Origin: Klebsormidium nitens
Taxonomy: Eukaryota; Plantae; Klebsormidiophyceae
Length of the DNA: 64,000 bases
Reading direction: 5' to 3'
Assembly (NCBI GenBank): GCA_000708835.1
Contig: DF237291.1
Coordinates: 1-64,000, forward strand
The position numbers and the translations under genes were made by a program. Shown piece by piece: positions 13,206 through 28,523 of this stretch. How positions within the stretch are numbered: position 1 is the first letter of the stretch; every line of letters starts with the position of its first letter. Below the pieces are notes generated by a model. It saw only the letters and a program-made list of their open reading frames with translations. It had not been told where the DNA came from and did no database searches.

Positions 13206-13497
13206 GTACCGCACGCGATGTGAGGGTTGGTACCATCTGCAGCTATTGTGCGCCCGGTACCGTCCGACGAAAATTCTCCCAAACTTTTCTCGTCAACTTT
13301 GTACGTTTTGCACCACTGACCAGACCATGGTCGTCGGTGCTCTGCAATTTACATTATAATACCAAGGTACCGGTATATGACATATGTAACGTGCAGTACT
13401 TCTACAGACTAAGCAGTACAGTTTACCGTACCTAGTACATTTTAATAGTAGGTACCTCAGTAGCTGGGAATTCCACATAGGTAGGTACCTAGGGTAC
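13206..13497. promoter_or_regulatory. GTAC-dense block (12 copies) upstream of NADK2
   Basis: GTAC at 13206, 13230, 13257, 13301, 13367, 13396, 13416, 13428, 13435, 13452, 13485, 13494. About 1 is expected by chance. Confidence 0.45.
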
Positions 13498-13718
13498 ATT
13501 CTGCAGCCTATCCACCCATCATCAATGGCGATGGCAAGGGTTCAGCCCTAAAGTATCCTGGGCACATGAAAAGTGGAGCGCACTGCGGCTAGCTTCTTCT
13601 CTTTGAAAAACATTGAAGGTGCTGTCTGGCATTGCGGATCCTATACCACCTTCGAAGCTGCGCAATCACTCCTCATTCTTGCCATTTGGCATGCAGCTTG
13701 ACAAGGACCGGCCCGGAA

Positions 13719-16700
13719 ATGGACACGCTACGGTCGTCCGTAACCCGTGTGGAAAACGTTGGACAGTCGCTTAGGACAGGGTTGGGGATATGCAGAGCTG
13801 AGCCAGTTGTAAGTGCGGCTGAGATTGCTTTGTGCTTTGGCGCTCAACATAAAGGGCGTTGCAAGGCAAGGAATTCAAACAGCCTTCACATTGTAAGCCT
13901 GAGCCGCAGCGTCCGTTTCAGAGTTCCACAAAGCCATCTGCTGCAGGGAAGTTCCTTTTTCCAGGGTGGCCGAGTCCAGCTTGCGACAAGCAATGCCATC
14001 CGGAAAGGAGAAGCCAACGAAGGCAGGGGAAAGATTCGCTCTGTGTTGGACACTGCAATTGATTCTGACGATGAGGCCAGCTCCTACGATGCAATTGTCC
14101 GGAAACAGGTGAGGAGTATAATCAAAGCGCTCATTTCAAGCGCATGTTGATTACGGAAGTGCCCGGCAACTCATTTCCCGGTTACTTGTTTGTTCTTATA
14201 AGGTTTCTCCTTGGCCGCTTTCTCCATATGACATTTCCCTCTTGCCTATCGTCGGCCCAACGATGAAGCGCATACAGCTTCTTCCCGCAGCTAAGCTGGC
14301 TCAAGGTCGTGTATAAATTCAGAGTGTAGCAGAGTCCTGTGCAGACTCTTTCTCTTTCGAAATGTTTGAAGCCAACAATGGATTGATTACACGCAGGCTC
14401 AGGAGGAGGAGTCCCGCTTCTTCCGGCTTGGCCCCCCGCCTGGTGACGTTGCTGAGGTGGAGGCGTTCTGCCGCATCTACCGCCTTGCAGAGCAACTGCA
14501 CATTTCAGTGATGGATGTAAGGGAGCCTGCTTTCACAAACCAACCAAACTTAATGGGGCTCAATGCAGCGGCCATGTCAATGACATGGCCAGCTTACTTG
14601 TTGTACACTCCCTGTTCATGTTGTGATAAGAAGGGACAAAGCCTGATGATAGTTATGGCCACTGAGCCATTTGTGGGCTCCAATCCGTGATTCTGGGGTA
14701 CTTTTGCAAAAGCAACTGTTCGGTCTGTTGGCAAGTCACGCACATCTGTGGTCTCCTTCCAGCCCATCCACTCTTATCATCTTATGTTGCTGGGCTTGCC
14801 AAGACGGGGAGGATTGAATAGAAGCAGGCTTGTCGCAACCCGTTCTCTGCTGCGGTTGACCTGATCTTTCCCGTGTGGTGGTTGTTCCAGGCGCTGCGGG
14901 AGCTGGAAGATATGCAGCAGGCAGCCTCTGTAGCGGGGCTTAGCGAGGCTGCAGCGTTTGGCTACTGGGTGAACAAGGGGCTGGAGAACGGGGGCATCAC
15001 GGTGGAGGGGGACGTGCCGGAGCAGGAGGAGAAAGTGGTGGCGGGGCTGGCGCTCATTGGCAGCATCCTCCAGGCAAGCCATCAGTTGGACAGTCTTGGC
15101 TGGTTGCGACAAAGTGAAGGGCAAATTTGCGGACAGTGCTGTTGTGCTCACAGCAACATCAACATCGGGAGAATCTTATTCTCAATGAATTTGGGCAAGA
15201 AGTTTTTTCTTCAACAGCCCTTCAGCATGCTGGAGACTCTGATTGCTCTACCCACAACCAACTCTTGTCGGCAGAGCCTGCTTTTCCTGGTTATCCCCCA
15301 ACTTACCAAAGGCTTGTTCTTATGTGCAGCGCGGGCGCGAGCGCGTGCTTGGACGGCCCGGCATCTGGGTGGCTGAGGAGAAGAAGCGTTCACAGGCGTT
15401 GCGGGACGTTCAGGCCGGAGAGGAGACGCCCCCCCTGGCGCAGCTGCGCGCCGAGGTCCGCAACGCGTGCAGCCTCTTGCAGGAGTCGCTTGAGGCGCTT
15501 CTGCCCGAGGACTGGTCCCAGACGGAGCTAGTGAAGCAACGCTTGGAGCGGGTGCGGAACGTGTGCCTGGACGCGGGGTTCCCCCGCTCGGAGGGTGCCC
15601 CCGCGCATGCAGACATCCCAAACTTTGCGGAGGTGCGGCTGCTGCCGGTGCGTCGGCAGGGCCGGGAAATCATCGACTTAGCGGAGGATAGGGAGGCGGT
15701 TGTGTTCTGGCGGGGGGGCCAGCTGACGCAGCAGGGGCTGGAGTGGCTGCGGAAGAAGGGGTTCAGGGCGGTGGTAGATCTGCGGGCGACAGAGTGGGGC
15801 CGGCAGTGGGCGCGGTGGGACAGTGCGGCGGGGGACATCAAGCGGTACCACATCCCCATCCAGTTCGACGAGATGCCCGACCACGAGCAGGTGACGCAGT
15901 TCGCCAGGATTGTGGCCGACCCCGCGAACCAGCCCCTCTTTGTGTTCAGCACGGGGGGCACTGGGCGCACGTGCGCCATCATTGCCAAGTGGAGGGAGCT
16001 GGTGCAGAGTGCAGGCGGGGTCAAGGCTTTCGCGCCGTCGGCAGCAAAGGTGGGCGGGAACGGGAAGGCGGCAGCGGCCACGGTGGCAAGGGAAGAGCTG
16101 GACCGTGCAGAGAAGGTGATTGATGAACTGGAAGACGTGGCGCCCGTGTGCGACGGGTGTGAAGAGGATGAGGAGGACGGGGTTCTAGCAACTCCGGCTG
16201 ACGAGCCTGCTGCGACCGTCGGTGCTCTGGAGGACAGCTCGGGAGCAGAGGAGCAGACGACAACGGAACTGGAGGAGTCGGAGCCTAGCACTAGCGAAAG
16301 CCCTTCGTTTGAGGGCATCAAGCGGCTCTGGCAGGGGCGGGAATCCCCATTCGCATATAACGCGTTTGAGGCGCAGCGGCCGACCTCCGACGTGCTGTCT
16401 CGGCCGGCAATGCAGGAGTGGCTACGGCAGAACAAAGCTCGAGGGGTGAGCGCATTTGAGGCGCAGATGCGCGCATACCGGCAACCCGTGCAGCCACTGA
16501 GCGAGGTGAGGAACCCACCAGGACAGCTCAAGCCCTCCAACGGTTCTATCTGTAGGCATTTTGTCCGGTTGCATTAAGACGTCTGTAGGGGGTCACTAGC
16601 CGTGATGTGAGCCTGAGCGCTAACAGGGACAAATGTGCTGAAAACAAAAGCTCCCTTTGACATTTTTTGATGATATGCAAGCTCTTGTTGATTGTTGAGC

Positions 16701-19700
16701 AAGCCCTTGATAAGGGACCGATCAGAGAATCTTGCGAGTCGAAGGGCGACTCCGAGCAGTCCCGAAAGCAGAACGAAGATCTTCGACATCTTCGTGCTAC
16801 AGGTCGCTCGCAAGAAAAGGGAAGAGGAAAGCATAACTGGGGTGGCCGGTCGATGGGGGCGCCAGCGGGGCGGGGGAATCCCTCGCTCAGGCCCGTCGTT
16901 CGATCCGAACACGGAGAGCCTTCCCACGCCAAGCACAAACCAGGGGGTAAATGGAACCACTGAAGAACGGCTAGAAAGCAAAGACACGGTGCTCTCAGAC
17001 GAGAGGGATCGCATGGGGGCAGCGGAAGCTGCTGCCAGAGAGGCAGCCAGTGATTCGAAGCAAGCGGAGCATGAGAGCAGCGTGCAGCAAAATGACGGGG
17101 CGTCGCAAAACGGGTACGCATACGAGGAGGACGAGGAGATGAGCATGGAGATGTTCGGCGTGCACCAGGACGGCTCGGGCCTGTGGCGGGTGGACGAGAG
17201 CAGCCGCGGCGGGAACGGGCGTTCGGTAGCGTCCGACGGGGCTGCCGCGCCGGACGACGGCCGGGGGGACGGAATGGCGGTGGAGCGGCCGGAGGAGAGC
17301 AGCAGCGACGAGGAGGGGGGGGGCTTCCAGGGGGACATGTGCAGCAGCACGACGGGCGTGGTGCGGCTGCAGAGCCGGCGCAAGGCGGAGATGTACCTCG
17401 TGCGCACGGACGGCTTCACGTGCACGCGCGAGAAGGTGCGCGAGAGCACGCTGGCCTTCACGCACCCCAGCACGCAGCAGCAGATGCTCATGTGGAAGAC
17501 GCCGCCCAAGACGGTGATGCTGCTCAAGAAGCTGGGGGAGGACCTCATGAAGGAGACCGAGGAGGTGAGCGCCCGCAACCCGCCGCGCCTGCTCGGCACC
17601 AGGATTTGTTAAGTTTCGGTTTGAAACTGTGGGAAAAGCATGCGGCATAGTGCTGGCGCATGTATGGCCCCCAACCCGGAACTAAGGTTCTTGGCGCCCC
17701 GTCGCTTTTAAGTTGCTTCGGAATAACAGCCGTTGCATCCATTTTCGTCGCCCTTTTTCACGGGGCTTGCCTTGATTCTCTCAAGTTTCGCCGCACTAGG
17801 CGAGCTCAAGGAACCACCACACAATTTGCGGGTCCCTCTTCGGTCCTGTCTTGGCTCCCCTTGCCAAACAAGTCCCCCGCTCGCGCAGGTGGCGCTGTGG
17901 CTGCACCACCAGGAGGGCATGAACGTGGTGGTCGAGCCGGAGGTGCACGACAAGCTCGCGCGCACGCCCGGCTTCGGCTTCGTGGAGACGTACTACAACG
18001 CGGACATGAGCCGCCTGCACGAGCGCGTCGACTTCGTGGTGTGCCTGGGCGGGGACGGCGTCATCCTGCACGTCAGCAACCTGTTCACCGAGGCCGTGCC
18101 GCCCGTCGTGTCATTCAACCTGGGCTCCCTTGGCTTCCTCACCACCCACCAGGTGAGGCCTGGGGAACGGGGCTTGATAGCGGTGCTCGTGCCAATTGGA
18201 TGGCCTGGGTGGGGAGTGCTTCTGTCATTGCCCGCAAGGCAAGCTTGCTTCACTGTTGAGGACCTGCTTTGAGCTCGTGCCTGCTCTTGATCGCAGTTGC
18301 TTGAGGGTTCAGGGAGTCAAGTTTCTTTTTTGAAAAATGGAAAAGTTACACACTCCAAGAACGGTCTGTAGTCCCATTACTTCAACGACGTTGCAATCTG
18401 CGGCCATGCGTCCAGATAAGTGGGCCGCGTTCAGTTAATGTTAACAGACCCTCATTCCTGGGGTCGGTATCATCTCATTCAACGCCTGCAATCGTATGCT
18501 GAGCCCCATCTGACGCGTGCGTGTGCGCTGCGTGCAGTATGAGGAGTACCGCGCGGACCTGCTGGCGCTGATCCACGGCAACAGCAGCATGGAGGGCGTG
18601 TACATCACGCTGCGCATGCGGCTGCGGTGCGAGATCTTCCGGCGCGGCGTGCCCATCCCGGGCAAGGTCTTCGAGGTGCTCAACGAGATCGTCGTGGACC
18701 GCGGCGCCAGCCCCTACCTCTGCAAGATCGAGTGCTACGAGCGCAACCGCCTCATCACCAAGGTCAGAGCGCGCGTGCATTGTGCTCCTCTGTACAGACG
18801 TTTGTGAGAGTATTTGAAGCGGCTATGCGGAAGGGCGTATCGAAGGCCGCGTGATCGGCCAGGAAGTTGCTTGAGCATTCTTTCCCGGTTTGCAGGAGCC
18901 GTGCCCACAAATGAGTGAACGTCCGCTGTCGATTTGGGCAACTCGTCGGCCCTTTCTAATCGAGAATGGATTGCTGACTTGTCCCGCGTTCACCCGCGCA
19001 TCCAAGCCTCTTAGGGATGTCCTAGAGTCTCTTCTGACCCCTCGTCCCCTGCGGTGTGGCAGGTGCAAGCGGACGGCGTGCTGCTGGCGACCCCGACGGG
19101 CAGCACGGCCTACTCGGTGGCGGCGGGCGGCTCCATGGTGCACCCCAACGTCCCCTGCATCCTCTTCACGCCCATCTGCCCGCACTCCCTCTCCTTCCGC
19201 CCCGTCATCCTGCCAGACTCCGCAGAGATCGAGCTGCGGGTGCGCCGCTGCTCCCTTTGATTCTGTCTTCACTTATTGGGTTGTTTGTCAGCGCGGCCGT
19301 TTGCTGCTAACGCCGAGACCTGCGTGCTTCGCACGACCACGCGCTAAGAAGTTGGAGTGAGACTGAGGTATAGATACTGCCTTGTCAAGATGCGTTTTGT
19401 GATTGGTTTGCGCCAGCAATACGGCCCTCCTCCGGGTGCTCGGCTGACCCGTTGCCCGTTGCGCCCGCAGGTCCCCGCTGATGCCCGCAACACGGCGTGG
19501 GTGTGCTTCGACGGCAAGAAGCGGCAGCAGCTGATGCGGGGGGACAGCGTGCGCATCCGCATGAGCGAGCACCCTATGCCCACGGTAAGCCGCCTCCGAG
19601 TGCCGGACTGTTGCTCAATTAGAAATCCTCCCCTGTTTCGAGTTGGCTCCATTGAGGATTTTTATGTCCTGATTGCTCGTATGGCTGGGTCGCCTCTTTG

Positions 19701-20058
19701 GTCCTGGTCAGTGCAACATTGAGATTTGGCCGCTGGTTGCACCACTTAGGCTGTCGTGCCGCCCCTCCGACCAACACAATATCTGCCTCTTTCGTGACAA
19801 GGCTGTAACTTCGAACGTCTGACGTCAAGGCTTTGCAAGGCGCGATGTCTCAGACCTAAGGTGAGGCAGAATATGAGACCGTCCTGTGTTTGCGCCCCGT
19901 AGCTGACTCCCCTGTTGGTGCGTTGGCAGGTGAACAAGTACGACCAGACGGACGACTGGTTCCGCAGCCTGGTACGCTGCCTAAATTGGAACGAGCGGCT
20001 CGAACAGAAGGCCTTCTCCCTGCCAAATCTGGGCGGCGGGTATGAGGACGAGTACTAG
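13719..20058 (+). CDS. NADK2: Chloroplastic NAD kinase 2 (~1179 aa, 10 exons)
   Basis: Exons 13719-14108, 14397-14516, 14891-15073, 15330-16505, 16803-17564, 17889-18152, 18538-18762, 19063-19239, 19471-19584, 19930-20058. Kinase motifs [44 protein letters not shown]2-specific segments [24 protein letters not shown] and [34 protein letters not shown]. Confidence 0.95.
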
Positions 20059-21876
20059 GGACTTGTACACATGTGTTGACCGCTTTGCTAGAGAGTGCTT
20101 CTGCCGGTTGTCTTTCTTGCAGCTCTACTTGAGCGTGTTGTTGGTCAAACATTCTGACCTCTAGTGGCAGATTAAGTGCAAGGAAGAGCCGCATGCAACG
20201 TGGGATGTCAATTCCGACCTTTTGCAGATCATGGCTGTTTTTGCTTCTTGCACCACAGCCAGTGCAGCCAGCATATTCGCCGTTTGTTCTGGGTAGGTTT
20301 ACAATACTATATAGATGCACATCTGCGTGCATTCTTTGCTGTATTCGGTATTCGGCTCTGGTCGCCTTAGCGTGTTCCAATTATACCCGGTATAATTGGT
20401 CCAACATGTGCGGAAGTGCACTGTCAAGTCAATCGTTTCAGTGCATGGCCACGTAAACGCACGTACCAACATTGGTCATGGTAGGCTCATAACAATGGGC
20501 TGATCGACGCACGGCACATGGCTCTCACCTTCATGCACGCATGGTTGGCGATTGATCTGCGGCAGCGCTGACGCAACACACGCATGCTCTAGACGTCACA
20601 TGTGGCCACGCCCCGCCTTAATTCCAATTCGACGGTGACCAATCTTAGTTCCATATGCAACACCCGCGGCATCTTGGGAGTATCGTACTTAATCCATCTC
20701 AACCTGGTTCTGCTTCTTTGATATAAAAGTTCGTTCACTGACGCGGCTAGCTTTCTTCAAGCTTTTGTCCGCGTCTCTAATTCAGTAGCTGGCATTGCGG
20801 AAGATTGATCGATCAAATTGACGGCGTCTCATTGCCATTCACGTCTTCGTAATGTGCTGATTGACCAGCCGAAAGAGTCGAAACTGCTGGATGCATGTGC
20901 GACTCAGGGAAGACTAGCTCAGAGGAGCGCCCATGCAACAATTGTTGAAAGCCAGCTCAAAGCCCTCTTCAGTGTCAACAGACTCTGAGTTCGTACATCC
21001 TAGACGGCATTGTGCGCAGGGCCAATATTGAGATACGTGCAGCGGCGCTGCAACCAGGCGCCTGAAAGTGGCCACTAGTGAAAAAGGCTCGATCGTGGTC
21101 GATCAAGCTTTTAGCGTGCCTAGTACTTGGACCTCACTTAACAGAATCTATCCATATTGGAGCGCGAACGGTCCGCGAGCAAGCCCAGGCCGTCAGTCCA
21201 CTGCACAGCGGGCGCTCTTACGAGCTGCGGCACGTTTAGCAAGTGTAGAGCGACAATTTCACTTACGTGGCCTCTTAAACGACGGTTCATTCTGCCAGAT
21301 ATGAATGAGCAGGACCCACGAGATCCAGACGAATGAGCGTACCAGCGATGCCTACGAAGGCATTTTGAGACTCGGCTCGAGGGCTCGACTGATCACCTTC
21401 CCGATTCAGAAATGGTGCACCGTGGTGCGAATCAAAAAAATTCGTTTCGAGGTCCCTGAATGCTTTTCGCTTTGCTTGATGATGCATCAACTGGTTTCCT
21501 GCATGCAACTTGATGAAAGAGCATACATGATGATCTGGGGCCAAGTTTACATCGTGCTGTGAGACGCAACGGATGAAGTTCCAACCAGAACCGTTGGTGT
21601 GCTGCGATCAGCTTTCGCAGCACTTGCACAACTTGGCAGATGATGCGACGTATACGGCCCGTAAACAACCTCGCAGCGCACGCATTGACTGAGCACTGCC
21701 TTAGTGCCAGCTGCGACCTTCTAGTGCCAGCACCATCGGCCTCCGGTAATTGGATCAGCAGATAAAGCAATCATGCAATACGTGCTGTGGCCGCTTTTAA
21801 GGTTCCTTGCAGGAGATTGAGTCAAAAGTTCGATGATGAGCACCCCGCGGCAATAAAATCCGTTGATTTGTCACCC

Positions 21877-24665
21877 TCAGGGCAGCTTAAAAGCACTCGC
21901 GTTCTGGTCGTTCCGTCCGAGGCTCCCCAGCTTCCAGTTATCCTCGATAGTCTTTGGCACAGAGTAGTGCGTATAATAGGAGCCGTCTGCGCATGTAAGC
22001 GGGTCCCCTTTTGCCGAGCAGTTACTCGGGCTGCCGAGAAGACCGCCCACAAGCGCCGCATACACGTGATTGCCGGAACCGCTGACGCCGGACTCGTCAA
22101 ACGTAACTAGAATGACGGTACGATCGTTGTTGAACGCGGAGTCGTTCAGTTTGGGGTCCAGCCAGCCCTGCAGCCAGTCAGTTGCCTGGAAGACGTTGAA
22201 GCCGAAGCCGGTCGTGTGGCCGTTGTGGATCTGCGGAGACGGACAAAGAAGGCTTCCAAGATCCCGCCTTTGAGTTGCCAAACAATGGCTTTGCGACATG
22301 TCAGACCTTATAACATAGCATACTGAGCAAACGGAGCTTCTGAACAAACAATCAAAAGGAGATATAATTGTTGAGGAACTAAGAGCGATTGTTTAGCAGC
22401 TTTTCTCCGAACATTTGGCACCAAAGCTCACTATAAATGATAGCCCGGTTTAAAATCGTTGTGAGGCCACTTCGATCTAAAATCTATTCAGGTTTTCAGG
22501 CTATTTTGGCTATTTCTTAAACGTTGTGTCAGACCATTTTGATCTTAAAAGCTGAATTTCTGAGGTCAAAACGGCCTCAATCAGCAAACGATCTTAAACC
22601 GGTATTGATTTATAGTGGCTATGCTGTATTATCGTGCTTCTATCATCTCCGCACTTTTACCTCTGCTTGGCACATACTGCGAGACGACAAGAAGCAAATA
22701 TGAGTTTCTCACCTGGTTCGGAACGAAGTACACAAATTGAGGCACGCTTTTGCTGCTGATGTCCGAATCTAGTTCGTTGCCAGGGACTATCTTCTGACAG
22801 CGGCTCGCGCTCCCCAGGATGTTCGAAAAGGACACAAAAGGGTTGTGCTGCCTGCAGACGATGAAGAAGAATGAAAAAAGAGAGGAAGATTGCCGGACTT
22901 TCAGATTGCCCCTTTTAGTGACTTGATTAATCAGAGAACCTTTCTGAAAGTAAAATCAGTGTGCCATCAGAGATGTAAGAAGAAGACACGATGCGCGTGC
23001 CTTATGATTCAAGAAAGCTTTGTTGGCTCCTTTCATAAGGGATACTTCAAAACAAAGACTATGACGTCTGGACAGGAATATAGAGCATGTAAGCACTCTC
23101 ACCTCACGTAGAGACTCAGAGCGCCGTTGAACAATGGCAAGCCGCCCGCGTTACTGCCGTTAAAGCAGTCTCCCGGGTAGTCCCTGCAAGACGAGGATCA
23201 AGGAGACCGGGGGAGTCAGGGTTGGATGATACGAACAAGCTTGTGTAGGATCTACCTGAAAGTTTTGCACTTCATTTACAGCCGTGCTCGTTGCATGCTG
23301 GGATGCATAGGTGAAGCATTTGGTCTTCTCGAAGCTCCCTTCTCGGACGCCTGGAGATGTCCCGGGCCGACACATCCGGAGCCATATCGAAGTGCCAAGC
23401 TTTCAAACCCGGAATTTGTCCAGACATCGACATACTGTCAGCTCCAATTTTACCAGTTGTCCGCCGCTTGCTCTAGACGTTGCTGCCAGTCACCTTGTCT
23501 AACCGGGGCACTCACTCCATATAGGCTTTCCAGGTGATGTTTGCGCCGTCCAGCAGGTCGACCAGGTTCGTGGCGTCGATCTCGTGAGGATCATCGTCAG
23601 TAATGCCAAAAGTGTCGCCTCCGATCTGGCCAATGTAGTTCGGCTGCAGCATCAGTCGAAGACCCAGGCGTTAGCAAGTTCGACGAGAAAATTAGCTGCA
23701 GTGTTTCTTCAGTGAATTTCACTAGGCGTTCCGCCGAAGTGTCGGTTAAACGCAAATGGATGTGTGGTAAAGTGGTAGCGTAGCCGAAAATCTCAACTAG
23801 GGACCGGTCGTCTTCATCGTCGAAGATTCGGTGCTGTCCTTCAAACGATTAAGTGAGAAGTCTTCAGTCCAGAAACTCTGTCCTTAGCCGAGTTCGATAG
23901 TTTCAAAGAATCTCCGCAGATGGGATTTCCCGGGTCATACCAAACTTCTGGCACGAGTCTTTTTGATTGCTTTCTTTTCCTGGTCTGCTGTTCCCATAAT
24001 TGTTTCCAAGGATTTAAAGGCAGAATAGGGGGAACATCCCTTAGTGCACTCTTGAGTGGAGGAGAGCACCATGGTCTTTTTGAAAACTGACCCTGAAGAA
24101 GCATAAGAGCAGGTACCAAACCATGCTTCAACGATCTGATCTGAAAACTTGATGCACTGTCGAACAGACTTTAAGCCTGCTCATTACGTATAAAAGGAAC
24201 TGCACCGGATCTGCCCGGTTCTCTTCTACCTGATTCTCTTGTTTTCAGCATTGTAGGCACGACGGGGAGCAGCAAAGACCTCGGCTTTTCCGCCCCATGC
24301 ACCGTAACAGGACCTCCGTGCCGCCTTACTCCTGCCTTTTCGTGACTCCTGTCTTTCTTTACCTGCGAAGGGTGCGCGAGTCCGTGGTAGTCCGAGAGCA
24401 AGCGCGCGTCCGGCCGCGCCGCCAGCGATGCCAGATAGTCGTCGGCCATCGCTACCTCGAAGTCCGCGTTCTCCAGTATGACCACCACGAACCGGTCGAA
24501 CTGGGTGCCGTTCGCAGTGCACTCCCCCGCTCGAATCCGGCAAGCGGCGAGCAGAGAAAGCGACAGCACGAATGCATGGCGCCACAGCAGCCACCGCCGC
24601 CTCAAAATGACCAACCGGCCGAGCCGAGTTCCTCCGTGTGCAAAGACCTCTTCAGATCGCAGCAT
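21877..24665 (-). CDS. Phosphoesterase-family acid phosphatase, PhoA/SapM-like (~334 aa, 5 exons)
   Basis: Exons 24665-24363, 23643-23516, 23183-23103, 22851-22713, 22230-21877. Motifs FDRFVVVILEN, HPSQPNYI, YVRQHNPF, VTFDES, YTHYSVPKTIEDNW. Hydrophobic N-terminal signal or anchor (AFVLSLSLLAAC). Confidence 0.88.
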
Positions 24666-26222
24666 CTTGCAGAACCCGCTGGGCGATGCTTGTGCAGTTT
24701 TAAGATTCGGATTTACAAAGGCTTGCCCAGTTCTGGATAGACAGCGAGAGTCACCAAGGAGTCGTCACAGCAGAGTACCGCAAGTGGTCAAAAGAGCTTT
24801 TGCCGTCGCTTTACAGGACCAGCGGTTGCTGCACGACCAGAATTTTGATTCTGCTCTGACCGTACTTCATCTGCCTGCTCGTGGGGAAGTCATTCGAGAA
24901 GAGACTTCGCCGAGATCGAGTCTTACCAGTTAGCTCGTCAACTTCTCCCACCCTTGCCTAAGATCGATGCATGCCGCCACCTGGGCTGAAGGTTCACAGC
25001 GAGGTGGCCGGATAGACCCGGCGTGCCAATCTCTGTCTCAGGCAATCAGAAGCCACCGTCATGCACGGAGGCACTTCAGGAGTCCCACTGAACCGCTGTT
25101 AGCCGCATTAACCTGGGTCGTCTCTCACGGAGCTGAACGGTGCCCGGTGGAAAGTCTGATGCAATCTGTTCTGGCCGATCGGGGCACCAAACTGTTAAAT
25201 GGGCGGTCCGGTGGATTAACGCGTGGATACCCAAGTTGCACGTGCCATCTGGGCCGTGCCTACGGGACCTTACGCCTTTCTCTGCGTCGACAGCCCTTTC
25301 AACGTTGAGATTGTTACACCTAGCTATCATGCCGGCTGCACTATACTGCGGCGTCTACCTAGGGCCGGCCGTAAAGCAGTCGTAGGACTTGCACACAAGC
25401 CCACATGGAGCCACCATTGCCGGAGCGGCTATGCATGGTGCACTGGATTGTGAATGGTACGTGAAAGTATGCCTTATATTATGATCTAACTTACTGGCAA
25501 CTCAATCGATTACTGCCTATATGCTCGTACGGAGTAGGGATGCGTATCTGATCCTTACTCATAGATCCAGCTGACCTTGCCGCCCCGGCCATTTGAGTCT
25601 CCAGCTGCCAGCAGCTTCTTTGTGGCACGTTGCATACAACCCCCCCAATTGGCGCGCGACACTGGCATGGTACGCATGTGAAAGGCTGGAATGTCACCAT
25701 AGACCTATACCGTCAAACTGTGCCGCGGGCATGTGCAACAACGTGTAGTGTCAAAAGAGATTAGCGATAATGTGGTGGAACGCCTGGCAAGCTTTAAATA
25801 TTGCTGTACTTAGCTACGATGGTGGACTTGGCTTGAACGCCTGCTTCAACCTGCCGGTCAGTCAGACTAGCAGGTAGTTGCGGGCTCGTACTTTTGCAAC
25901 TTACACTCAAATGCCTCGACCATTTTATCTACACTTCCTGGATGACCTTGATTCCCCAGATGCAACAGTATACTGTATTCAAAACGTTCTTCACCTGGTG
26001 TTGCTGGACTGGACTATACTTTGGGCAAGCTTGCGGCTTTCCAATTTCCAGTCTTATGACTATACCGACTATACTTAAAACACTGTGGGGACCTTTGATT
26101 AATTTCATGAACCCTACTCTAATCTACTGACCTTATATACCTATCCCTGAAAGAATCTTGATATGCTGGCAACAACTGTGCGTATAGCAATCACCCAATG
26201 ATCGACGCATTCCGAAGGATCC

Positions 26223-28523
<2,301 letters not shown>

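Noticed and set aside
15410-17599. Long minus-strand ORFs 15410-16540 and 16574-17599
   Set aside because: Antisense shadows of GC-rich NADK2 exons, with low-complexity translations.
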